The notes under the pieces are model-generated. The model was not told the origin of the DNA and did no database searches. It saw only the letters and a program-made list of their open reading frames with translations. Shown piece by piece: positions 1-13,681 of a stretch of DNA of 64,000 bases. How positions within the stretch are numbered: the stretch's first letter is position 1; every line of letters begins with the position of its first letter. This DNA comes from Eledone cirrhosa. Its lineage: Eukaryota. The translations under genes were made by a program, and so were the position numbers. Where the stretch lies: NCBI GenBank assembly GCA_964016885.1, contig OZ024744.1, positions 99,076,001-99,140,000 on the forward strand, read 5' to 3'.

Positions 1-3000
1 TAAACATCAACAACAGATGACTGCAGGCTACCACAAAGCTCAGATCTAAACATCAACATCTGAAGACTGCAGGCTACCACAAAGCTCAGATCTAAACATC
101 AACATCTGAAGACCGCAGGCTACCACAAAGCTCAGATCTAAACATCAACAACAGAAGACTGCAGGCTACCACAAAGCTCAGATCTAAACATCAACATCTG
201 AAGACCGCACGCTACCACAAAGCTCAGATCTAAACATCAACAACAGAAGACTGCAGGCTACCACAAAGCTCAGATCTAAACATCAACATCTGAGGACTGT
301 AGGCTACCACAAAGCTCAGATCTAAACATCAATATCTAAAGACTGCAGGCTACCACAAAGCTCAGATCTAAATATCAACATCTGAAGACTGCAGGCTACC
401 ACAAAGCTCAGATCTAAACATCAACATCAGAAGACAGCAGGCTACCACAAAGCTCAGATCTAAATATCAACATCTGAAGACTGCAGGCTACCACAAAGCT
501 CAGATCTAAACATCAACATCAGAAGACTGCAGGCTACCACAAAGCTCAGATCTAAACATCAACATCAGAAGACAGCAGGCTACCACAAAGCTCTGATCTA
601 AACATCAACATCTGAAGACTGCAGGCTACCACAAAGCTCAGATCTAAACATCAACAACAGATGACTGCAGGCTACCACAAAGCTCAGATCTAAACATCAA
701 CAACAGAAGACTGCAGGCTACCACAAAGCTCAGATCTAAACATCAACATCTGAAGACTGCAGGCTACCACAAAGTTCAGATCTAAACATCAACATCTGAA
801 GACTGCAGGCTACCACAAAGCTCAGATCTAAACATCAACATCTAAAGACTGCAGGCTACCATAAAGCTCACATCTAAACATCAACATCTGAAGACTGCAG
901 GCTACCACAAAGCTCAGATCTAAACATCAACATCTGAAGACTGCAGGCTACCACAAAGCTCAGATCTAAACATCAACATCTGAAGACTGCAGGCTACCAC
1001 AAAGCTCAGATCTGATTATCAACATCTGAAGACTGCAGGCTACCACAAAGCTCAGATATAAACATCAACATCAGAAGACTGCAGGCTACCACAAAGCTCA
1101 GATCTATACATCAACATCTGAAGACTGCAGGCTACCACAAAGCTCAGATCTAAACATCAACATCAGAAGACTGCAGGCTACCACAAAGCTCAGATCTAAA
1201 CATACACATCTAAAGACTGCAGGCTACCACAAAGCTCAGATCTAAACATCAACATCTGAAGGCTGCAGGCTACCACAAAGCTCAGAAGACTGCAGTCTAC
1301 CACAAAGCTCAGATCTAAACATCAACATCTGAAGACTGCAGGCTACCACAAAGCTCAGATCTAAACATCAACATCTGAAGACTGCAGGCTACCACAAAGC
1401 TCAGATCTAAACATCAACATCAGAAGACTGCAAGCTACCACAAAGCTCAGATATAAACATCAACATCAGAAGACTGCAGTCTACCACAAAGCTCAGATCT
1501 AAACATCAACATCTAAAGACTGCGGGCTACCACAAAGCTTAGAACTAAACATCAACATCAGAAGACTGCAGACTACCACAAAGCTCAGATATAAACATCA
1601 ACATCTGAAGACTGCAGGCTACCACAAAGCTCAGATCTAATCATCAACATCAGAAGACTGCAGGCTACCACAAAGCTCAGATCTAAACATCAATATCTGA
1701 AGACTGCAGGCTACCACAAAGCTCAGATCTAAACATCAACAACAGATGACTGCAGGCTACCACAAAGCTCAGATCTAAACATCAACATCTGAAGACTGCA
1801 GGCTACCACAAAGCTCAGATCTAAACATCAACATCAGAAGACTGCAGGCTACCACAAAGCTCAGATCTAAACATCAACAACAGATGACTGCAGGCTACCA
1901 CAAAGCTCAGATCTAAACATCAACATCTGAAGACTGCAGGCTACCACAAAGCTCAGATCTAAACATCAACATCTGAAGACTGCAGGCTACCACAAAGCTC
2001 AGATCTAAACATCAACAACAGAAGACTGCAGGCTACCACAAAGCTCAGATCTAAACATCAACATCTGAGGACTGCAGGCTACCACAAAGCTCAGATCTAA
2101 ACATCAACAACAGATGACTGCAGGCTACCACAAAGCTCAGATCTAAACATCAACATCTGAAGACTGCAGGCTACCACAAAGCTCAGATCTAAACATCAAC
2201 AACAGAAGACTGCAGGCTACCACAAAGCTCAGATCTAAACATCAACATCTGAAGACTGCAGGCTACCACAAAGCTCACATCTAAACATCAACATCTGAAG
2301 ACTGCAGGCTACCACAAAGCTCAGATCTAAATATCAACATCTGAAGACTGCAGGCTACCACAAAGCTCAGATCTAAACATCAACATCAGAAGACAGCAGG
2401 CTACCACAAAGCTCAGATCTAAATATCAACATCTGAAGACTGCAGGCTACCACAAAGCTCAGATCTAAACATCAACATCTGAAGACTGCAGGCTACCACA
2501 AAGCTCAGATCTAAACATCAACAACAGATGACTGCAGGCTACCACAAAGCTCAGATCTATACATCAACATCAGAAGACTGTAGGCTACCACAAAGCTCAG
2601 ATCTAAACATCAACATCTAAAGACTGCGGGCTACCACAAAGCTTAGAACTAAACATCAACATCAGAAGACTGCAGACTACCACAAAGCTCAGATCTAAAC
2701 ATCAACATCTGAAGACTGCAGGCTACCACAAAGCTCAGATCTAATCATCAACATCAGAAGACTGCAGGCTACCACAAAGCTCAGATCTAAACATCAACAT
2801 CTGAAGACTGCAGGCTACCACAAAGCTCAGATCTAAACATCAACAACAGATGACTGCAGGCTACCACAAAGCTCAGATCTAAACATCAACATCTGAAGAC
2901 TGCAGGCTACCACAAAGCTCAGATCTAAACATCAACATCAGAAGACTGCAGGCTACCACAAAGCTCAGATCTAAACATCAACAACAGATGACTGCAGGCT

Positions 3001-6000
3001 ACCACAAAGCTCAGATCTAAACATCAACATCTGAAGACTGCAGGCTACCACAAAGCTCAGATCTAAACATCAACATCTGAAGACTGCAGGCTACCACAAA
3101 GCTCAGATCTAAACATCAACAACAGAAGACTGCAGGCTACCACAAAGCTCAGATCTAAACATCAACATCTGAGGACTGCAGGCTACCACAAAGCTCAGAT
3201 CTAAACATCAACAACAGATGACTGCAGGCTACCACAAAGCTCAGATCTAAACATCAACATCTGAAGACTGCAGGCTACCACAAAGCTCAGATCTAAACAT
3301 CAACAACAGAAGACTGCAGGCTACCACAAAGCTCAGATCTAAACATCAACATCTGAAGACTGCAGGCTACCACAAAGCTCACATCTAAACATCAACATCT
3401 GAAGACTGCAGGCTACCACAAAGCTCAGATCTAAATATCAACATCTGAAGACTGCAGGCTACCACAAAGCTCAGATCTAAACATCAACATCAGAAGACAG
3501 CAGGCTACCACAAAGCTCAGATCTAAATATCAACATCTGAAGACTGCAGGCTACCACAAAGCTCAGATCTAAACATCAACATCTGAAGACTGCAGGCTAC
3601 CACAAAGCTCAGATCTAAACATCAACAACAGATGACTGCAGGCTACCACAAAGCTCAGATCTATACATCAACATCAGAAGACTGTAGGCTACCACAAAGC
3701 TCAGATCTAAACATCAACATCTAAAGACTGCAGGCTACCACAAAGCTCACATCTAAACATCAACATCTGAAGACTGCAGGCTACCACAAAGCTCAGATCT
3801 AAATATCAACATCTGAAGACTGCAGGCTACCACAAAGCTCAGATCTAAACATCAACATCTGAAGACTGCAGGCTACCACAAAGCTCAGATCTAAACATCA
3901 ACATCTGAAGACTGCAGGCTACCACAAAGCTCACATCTGATTATCAACATCTGAAGACTGCAGGCTACCACAAAGCTCAGATATAAACATCAACATCAGA
4001 AGACTGCAGGCTACCAAAAGCTCAGATCTATACATCAACATCTGAAGACTGCAGGCTACCACAAAGCTCAGATCTAAACATCAACATCAGAAGACTGCAG
4101 GCTACCACAAAGCTCAGATCTAAACATCCACATCTAAAGACTGCAGGCTACCACAAAGCTCAGATCTAAACATCAACATCTGAAGGCTGCAGGCTACCAC
4201 AAAGCTCAGAAGACTGCAGTCTACCACAAAGCTCAGATCTAAACATCAACATCAGAAGACTGCAAGCTACCACAAAGCTCAGATATAAACATCAACATCA
4301 GAAGACTGCAGTCTACCACAAAGCTCAGATCTAAACATCAACATCTAAAGACTGCAGGCTACCACAAAGCTTAGAACTAAACATCAACATCAGAAGACTG
4401 CAGACTACCACAAAGCTCAGATCTAAACATCAACATCTGAAGACTGCAGGCTACCACAAAGCTCAGATCTAATCATCAACATCAGAAGACTGCAGGCTAC
4501 CACAAAGCTCAGATCTAAACATCAACATCTAAAGACTGCAGGCTACCACAAAGCTCAAATCTAAACATCAACATCTGAAGACTGCAGGCTACCACAAAGC
4601 TCAGATCTAATCATCAACAACAGAAGACTGCAGGCTACCACAAAGCTCAGATCTAAACATCAACATCAGAAGACTGCAGGCCACCACAAAGCTCAGATCT
4701 AAACATCAACATTTGAGGACTGCAGGCTACCACAAAGCTCAGATCTAAACATCAACATCTGAAGACTGCAGGCTACCACAAAGCTCACATCTAAACATCA
4801 ACATCTGAAGACTGCAGGCTACCACAAAGCTCAGATCTAAATATCAACATCTGAAGACTGCAGGCTACCACAAAGCTCAGATCTAAACATCAACATCAGA
4901 AGACAGCAGGCTACCACAAAGCTCAGATCTAAATATCAACATCTGAAGACTGCAGGCTACCACAAAGCTCAGATCTAAACATCAACATCTGAAGACTGCA
5001 GGCTACCACAAAGCTCAGATCTAAACATCAACAACAGATGACTGCAGGCTACCACAAAGCTCAGATCTATACATCAACATCAGAAGACTGTAGGCTACCA
5101 CAAAGCTCAGATCTAAACATCAACATCTAAAGACTGCGGGCTACCACAAAGCTTAGAACTAAACATCAACATCAGAAGACTGCAGACTACCACAAAGCTC
5201 AGATCTAAACATCAACATCTGAAGACTGCAGGCTACCACAAAGCTCAGATCTAATCATCAACATCAGAAGACTGCAGGCTACCACAAAGCTCAGATCTAA
5301 ACATCAACATCTGAAGACTGCAGGCTACCACAAAGCTCAGATCTAAACATCAACAACAGATGACTGCAGGCTACCACAAAGCTCAGATCTAAACATCAAC
5401 ATCTGAAGACTGCAGGCTACCACAAAGCTCAGATCTAAACATCAACATCAGAAGACTGCAGGCTACCACAAAGCTCAGATCTAAACATCAACAACAGATG
5501 ACTGCAGGCTACCACAAAGCTCAGATCTAAACATCAACATCTGAAGACTGCAGGCTACCACAAAGCTCAGATCTAAACATCAACATCTGAAGACTGCAGG
5601 CTACCACAAAGCTCAGATCTAAACATCAACAACAGAAGACTGCAGGCTACCACAAAGCTCAGATCTAAACATCAACATCTGAGGACTGCAGGCTACCACA
5701 AAGCTCAGATCTAAACATCAACAACAGATGACTGCAGGCTACCACAAAGCTCAGATCTAAACATCAACATCTGAAGACTGCAGGCTACCACAAAGCTCAG
5801 ATCTAAACATCAACAACAGAAGACTGCAGGCTACCACAAAGCTCAGATCTAAACATCAACATCTGAAGACTGCAGGCTACCACAAAGCTCACATCTAAAC
5901 ATCAACATCTGAAGACTGCAGGCTACCACAAAGCTCAGATCTAAATATCAACATCTGAAGACTGCAGGCTACCACAAAGCTCAGATCTAAACATCAACAT

Positions 6001-7965
6001 CAGAAGACAGCAGGCTACCACAAAGCTCAGATCTAAATATCAACATCTGAAGACTGCAGGCTACCACAAAGCTCAGATCTAAACATCAACATCTGAAGAC
6101 TGCAGGCTACCACAAAGCTCAGATCTAAACATCAACAACAGATGACTGCAGGCTACCACAAAGCTCAGATCTATACATCAACATCAGAAGACTGTAGGCT
6201 ACCACAAAGCTCAGATCTAAACATCAACATCTAAAGACTGCAGGCTACCACAAAGCTCACATCTAAACATCAACATCTGAAGACTGCAGGCTACCACAAA
6301 GCTCAGATCTAAATATCAACATCTGAAGACTGCAGGCTACCACAAAGCTCAGATCTAAACATCAACATCTGAAGACTGCAGGCTACCACAAAGCTCAGAT
6401 CTAAACATCAACATCTGAAGACTGCAGGCTACCACAAAGCTCACATCTGATTATCAACATCTGAAGACTGCAGGCTACCACAAAGCTCAGATATAAACAT
6501 CAACATCAGAAGACTGCAGGCTACCAAAAGCTCAGATCTATACATCAACATCTGAAGACTGCAGGCTACCACAAAGCTCAGATCTAAACATCAACATCAG
6601 AAGACTGCAGGCTACCACAAAGCTCAGATCTAAACATCCACATCTAAAGACTGCAGGCTACCACAAAGCTCAGATCTAAACATCAACATCTGAAGGCTGC
6701 AGGCTACCACAAAGCTCAGAAGACTGCAGTCTACCACAAAGCTCAGATCTAAACATCAACATCAGAAGACTGCAAGCTACCACAAAGCTCAGATATAAAC
6801 ATCAACATCAGAAGACTGCAGTCTACCACAAAGCTCAGATCTAAACATCAACATCTAAAGACTGCAGGCTACCACAAAGCTTAGAACTAAACATCAACAT
6901 CAGAAGACTGCAGACTACCACAAAGCTCAGATCTAAACATCAACATCTGAAGACTGCAGGCTACCACAAAGCTCAGATCTAATCATCAACATCAGAAGAC
7001 TGCAGGCTACCACAAAGCTCAGATCTAAACATCAACATCTAAAGACTGCAGGCTACCACAAAGCTCAAATCTAAACATCAACATCTGAAGACTGCAGGCT
7101 ACCACAAAGCTCAGATCTAATCATCAACAACAGAAGACTGCAGGCTACCACAAAGCTCAGATCTAAACATCAACATCAGAAGACTGCAGGCCACCACAAA
7201 GCTCAGATCTAAACATCAACATTTGAGGACTGCAGGCTACCACAAAGCTCAGATCTAAACATCAACATCTGAAGACTGCAGGCTACCACAAAGCTCAGAT
7301 CTAAACATCAACATCTGAAGACTGCTGGCTACCACAAAGCTCAGATCTAAACATCAACATCTGAAGACTGCAGGCTACCACAAAGCTCAGATCTAATCAT
7401 TAACATCTGAAGACTGCAGGCTACCACAAAGTTCAGATCTAAACATCAACATCTGAAGACTGCAGGCTACCACAAAGCTCAGATCTAAACATCAACATCT
7501 GAAGACTGCAGGCTACCACAAAGTTCAGATCTAAACATCAAAATCTGAAGACACCAGGCTACCACAAAGCTCAGATCTAAACATCAACATCTGAAGACTG
7601 CAGGCTACCACAAAGCTCAGATCTAATCATCAACATCAGAAGACTGCAGGCTACCACAAAGCTCAGAAGACTGCAGGCTACCACAAAGCTCAGATCTAAA
7701 CATCAACATCTGAAGGCTGCAGGCTACCACAAAGCTCAGATCTAAACATCAACATCTGAAGACTGTAGGCTACCACAAAGCTCAGATCTAAACATCAACA
7801 TCTGAAGACTGCAGGCTACCACAAAGCTCAGATCTAAACATCAACATCTGAAGACTGCAGGCTACCACAAAGCTCAGATCTGATCATCAACATCTGAAGA
7901 CTGCAGGCTACCACAAAACTCAGATCTAAACATCAACATTTGAAGACTGCAGGCTACCACAAAAC
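1..7965. repeat. 46-bp tandem satellite, consensus TAAACATCAACATCTGAAGACTGCAGGCTACCACAAAGCTCAGATC
   Basis: TAAACATC recurs at 1, 47, 93...; most units carry PstI (CTGCAG) and BglII (AGATCT) sites; the array runs off the left edge. Confidence 0.98.
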
Positions 7966-10900
7966 TAAAGTAAAGACTTTAATTTTTAATCTGATGCAGT
8001 CATGGTGTTTTTTTGTACTGTTGAAAATGTGTTGTTAATGTGGTTGTATGTGGTATAGGATGAAAACGTTATATATTTGTTACTTTTCAAGAATGTCTTG
8101 TTAATGCGGTTTCATATGGTACAGGATGTTAATAGTTAATGTGATACAGTCATAGTACTGTTTTGTACTTTTCAAGAATGGTTTGTTAATGCGGTTTCAT
8201 ATGGTACAGGATGTTAATAGTTAATGTGATACAGTCATAGTACTGTTTTGTACTTTTCAACAGTGTCTTGTTAATGTGGTTTCATGTGGTACAGGGTGTT
8301 AATAGTTAATGTGATACAGTCATAGTACTGTTTTGTACTTTTCAAGAATGGTTTGTTAATGCGGTTTCATATGGTACAGGATGTTAAGAGTTAATGTGAT
8401 ACAGTCATAGTACTGTTTTGTACTTTTCAACAATGTCTTGTTAATGTGGTTTCATGTGGTATAGGACGTTAAGAGTTAATGTGATACAGTCATAGTACTG
8501 TTTTGTACTTTTCAACAATGTCTTGTTAATGTGGTTTCATGTGGTACAGGACATTAAGAGTTAATAGCTGATCTCTCAACTTTGGTGTGACACACACAGT
8601 CCAATTGTGTTTTTCATTCTTTGGGTTCTGCACATTAACAATCTAATTGCTGTTAATTCTAATCATATTAACCATATGTACACCTACAAGGATGGTACCT
8701 CATTTAACGTTTCACATTCAGATGCCATTCACAAGCAACCAAGAAACTTGCCCACAGTCAAGGTCATGGTTGTATACTGACTCATGTACTATTCAATATT
8801 TTCCTAATCCCATATTGGGAATCCCTTCAACATCTGAAGACTCCAGGCCACCATAAAACTCAGATCTGAATATCAGCATCAGAAGACTGCAGGCTACCAC
8901 AAAGCTCAGATCTAAACATCAACATCTGAAGACTGCAGGCTACCACAAGCTCAGATCTAAACATCAACATCTGAAGACTGCAGGCTACCACAAAGCTCAG
9001 ATCTAAACATCAACATCAAAAGACTGCAGGCTACCACAAAGCTCAGATCTAAACATCAACATCTGAAGACTGCAGGCTACCACAAAGCTCAGATCTAAAC
9101 ATCAACATCAAAAGACTGCAGGCTACCACAAAGCTCAGATCTAAACATCAACATCTGAAGACTGCAGGCTACCACAAAGCTCAGATCTAAACATCAACAA
9201 CAGAAGACTGCAGGCTACCACAAAGGTCAGATCTAAACATCAACATCTGAAGACTGCAGGCTACCACAAAGCTCAGATCTAATCATCAACATCTGAAGAC
9301 TGCAGGCTACCACAAAGCTCAGATCTAAACATCAACATCTGAAGACTGCAGGCTACCACAAAACTCAGATCTAAACATCAACATTTGAAGACTGCAGGCT
9401 ACCACAAAACTAAAGTAAAGACTTTAATTTTTAATCTGATGCAGTCATGGTGTTTTTTTGTACTGTTGAAAATGTGTTGTTAATGTGGTTGTATGTGGTA
9501 TAGGATGAAAACGTTATATATTTGTTACTTTTCAAGAATGTCTTGTTAATGCGGTTTCATATGGTACAGGATGTTAATAGTTAATGTGATACAGTCATAG
9601 TACTGTTTTGTACTTTTCAAGAATGGTTTGTTAATGCGGTTTCATATGGTACAGGATGTTAATAGTTAATGTGATACAGTCATAGTACTGTTTTGTACTT
9701 TTCAACAGTGTCTTGTTAATGTGGTTTCATGTGGTACAGGGTGTTAATAGTTAATGTGATACAGTCATATTACTGTTTTGTACTTTTCAAGAATGGTTTG
9801 TTAATGCGGTTTCATATGGTACAGGATGTTAAGAGTTAATGTGATACAGTCATAGTACTGTTTTGTACTTTTCAACAATGTCTTGTTAATGTGGTTTCAT
9901 GTGGTATAGGACGTTAAGAGTTAATGTGATACAGTCATAGTACTGTTTTGTACTTTTCAACAATGTCTTGTTAATGTGGTTTCATGTGGTACAGGACATT
10001 AAGAGTTAATAGCTGATCTCTCAACTTTGGTGTGACACACACAGTCCAATTGTGTTTTTCATTCTTTGGGTTCTGCACATTAACAATCTAATTGCTGTTA
10101 ATTCTAATCATATTAACCATATGTACACCTACAAGGATGGTACCTCATTTAACGTTTCACATTCAGATGCCATTCACAAGCAACCAAGAAACTTGCCCAC
10201 AGTCAAGGTCATGGTTGTATACTGACTCATGTACTATTCAATATTTTCCTAATCCCATATTGGGAATCCCTTCAACATCTGAAGACTCCAGGCCACCATA
10301 AAACTCAGATCTGAATATCAGCATCAGAAGACTGCAGGCTACCACAAAGCTCAGATCTAAACATCAACATCTGAAGACTGCAGGCTACCACAAGCTCAGA
10401 TCTAAACATCAACATCTGAAGACTGCAGGCTACCACAAAGCTCAGATCTAAACATCAACATCAAAAGACTGCAGGCTACCACAAAGCTCAGATCTAAACA
10501 TCAACATCTGAAGACTGCAGGCTACCACAAAGCTCAGATCTAAACATCAACATCAAAAGACTGCAGGCTACCACAAAGCTCAGATCTAAACATCAACATC
10601 TGAAGACTGCAGGCTACCACAAAGCTCAGATCTAAACATCAACAACAGAAGACTGCAGGCTACCACAAAGGTCAGATCTAAACATCAACATCTGAAGACT
10701 GCAGGCTACCACAAAGCTCAGATCTAATCATCAACATCTGAAGACTGCAGGCTACCACAAAGCTCAGATCTAAACATCAACATCTGAAGACTGCAGGCTA
10801 CCACAAAACTCAGATCTAAACATCAACATTTGAAGACTGCAGGCTACCACAAAACTAAAGTAAAGACTTTAATTTTTAATCTGATGCAGTCATGGTGTTT

Positions 10901-11727
10901 TTTTGTACTGTTGAAAATGTGTTGTTAATGTGGTTGTATGTGGTATAGGATGAAAACGTTATATATTTGTTACTTTTCAAGAATGTCTTGTTAATGCGGT
11001 TTCATATGGTACAGGATGTTAATAGTTAATGTGATACAGTCATAGTACTGTTTTGTACTTTTCAAGAATGGTTTGTTAATGCGGTTTCATATGGTACAGG
11101 ATGTTAATAGTTAATGTGATACAGTCATAGTACTGTTTTGTACTTTTCAACAGTGTCTTGTTAATGTGGTTTCATGTGGTACAGGGTGTTAATAGTTAAT
11201 GTGATACAGTCATATTACTGTTTTGTACTTTTCAAGAATGGTTTGTTAATGCGGTTTCATATGGTACAGGATGTTAAGAGTTAATGTGATACAGTCATAG
11301 TACTGTTTTGTACTTTTCAACAATGTCTTGTTAATGTGGTTTCATGTGGTATAGGACGTTAAGAGTTAATGTGATACAGTCATAGTACTGTTTTGTACTT
11401 TTCAACAATGTCTTGTTAATGTGGTTTCATGTGGTACAGGACATTAAGAGTTAATAGCTGATCTCTCAACTTTGGTGTGACACACACAGTCCAATTGTGT
11501 TTTTCATTCTTTGGGTTCTGCACATTAACAATCTAATTGCTGTTAATTCTAATCATATTAACCATATGTACACCTACAAGGATGGTACCTCATTTAACGT
11601 TTCACATTCAGATGCCATTCACAAGCAACCAAGAAACTTGCCCACAGTCAAGGTCATGGTTGTATACTGAGTCATGTACTATTCAATATTTTCCTAATCC
11701 CATATTGGGAATCCCTTCAACATCTGA
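7966..11727. repeat. 1445-bp macro-repeat: ~860-bp non-46-mer block plus ~13 46-bp units, three block copies (7966, 9411, 10856)
   Basis: Near-identical blocks starting TAAAGTAAAGACTTT; the same 69-aa ORF appears at 8647, 10092 and 11537 (offset 1445). Confidence 0.95.
8080..8566. repeat. 85-bp minisatellite (~5.5 copies) inside each macro-unit; also ~9525-10011 and ~10970-11456
   Basis: GTGATACAGT at 8141, 8226, 8311, 8396, 8481. Confidence 0.93.
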
Positions 11728-13681
11728 AGACTCCAGGCCACCATAAAACTCAGATCTGAATATCAGCATCAGAAGACTGCAGGCTACCACAAAGCTCAGA
11801 TCTAAACATCAACATCTGAAGACTGCAGGCTACCACAAGCTCAGATCTAAACATCAACATCTGAAGACTGCAGGCTACCACAAAGCTCAGATCTAAACAT
11901 CAACATCTGAAGACTGCAGGCTACCACAAAGCTCAGATCTAAACATCAACATCAAAAGACTGCAGGCTACCACAAAGCTCAGATCTAAACATCAACATCT
12001 GAAGACTGCAGGCTACCACAAAGCTCAGATCTAAACATCAACATCAAAAGACTGCAGGCTACCACAAAGCTCAGATCTAAACATCAACATCTGAAGACTG
12101 CAGGCTACCACAAAGCTCAGATCTAAACATCAACATCAAAAGACTGCAGGCTACCACAAAGCTCAGATCTAAACATCAACATCTGAAGACTGCAGGCTAC
12201 CACAAAGCTCAGATCTAAACATCAACAACAGAAGACTGCAGGCTACCACAAAGCTCAGATCTAAACATCAACATCTGAAGACTGCAGGCTACCACAAAGC
12301 TCAGATCTAATCATCAACATCTGAAGACTGCAGGCTACCACAAAGCTCAGATCTAAACATCAACATCTGAAGACTGCAGGCTACCACAAAGCTCAGATCT
12401 AAACATCAACATCTGAAGACTGCAGGCTACCAGAAAGCTCAGATCTAAACATCAACATCTGAAGACTGCAGGCTACCACAAAGCTCAGATCTAATCATCA
12501 ACATCTGAAGACTGCAGGCTACCACAAAGCTCAGATCTAAACATCAACATCTGAAGACAGCAGGCTACCACAAAGCTCAGATCTAAACATCAACATCTGA
12601 AGACTGCAGGCTACCACAAAGCTCAGATCTGATCATCAACATCTGAAGGCTGCAGGCTACCACAAAGCTCAGATCTGATCATCAACATCTGAAGACTGCA
12701 GGCCACCACAAATCGCTGATCTGAACATCAACATCTGAAGACTGCAGGCTACCACAAAGCTCAGATCTAAACATCAACATCTGAAGACTGCAGGCTACCA
12801 CAAAGCTCAGATCTAAACATCAACATCTGAAGACTGCAGGCTACCACAAAGATCAGATCTAAACATCAACATCTGAAGACCGCAGGCTACCCACAAAGCT
12901 CAGATCTAAACATCAACATCTGAAGACTGCAGGCTACCAGAAAGCTCAGATCTAAACATCAACATCTGAAGACTGCAGGCCACCACAAATCGCAGATCTG
13001 AACATCAACATCTGAAGACTGCAGGCTACCACAAAGCTCAGATCTAAACATCAATATCTGAAGACTGCAGGCTACCACAAATCGCTGATCTGAACATCAA
13101 CATCAGAAGACTGCAGGCTACCACAAAGCTCAGATCTAAACATCAACATCTGAAGACTGCAGGCTACCACAAAGCTTAGATCTAAACATCAACATCTGAA
13201 GACTGCAGGCTACCACAAAGCTCAGATCTAAGCATCAACATCTGAAGACTGCAGGCTACCACAAAGCTCAGATCTAAGCATCAACATCTGAAGACTGCAG
13301 GCTACCACAAAGCTCAGATCTAAACATCAACATCAGAAGACTGCAGGCTACCACAAAGCTCAGATCTAATCATCAACATCTGAAGACTGCAGGCTACCAC
13401 AAAGCTCAGATCTAAACATCAACATCAGAAGACTGCAGGCTACCACAAAGCTCAGATCTAAACATCAACATCTGAAGACTGCAGGCTACCACAAAGCTCA
13501 GAAGACTGCAGGCTACCACAAAGCTCAGATCTAAACATCAACATCAGAAGACTGCAGGCCACCACAAAGCTCAGATCTAAACATCAACATCAGAAGACTG
13601 CAGGCTACCACAAAGCTCAGATCTAAACATCAACATCAGAAGACTGCAGGCTACCACAAAGCTCAGATCTAAACATCAACA
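11728..13681. repeat. 46-bp satellite, continuation
   Basis: Same unit as 1-7965. Confidence 0.96.

Noticed and set aside
8647-8856. Triplicated 69-aa ORF with a hydrophobic N-terminus
   Set aside because: TTG start, runs into satellite sequence, and the identity is explained by the 1445-bp duplication.
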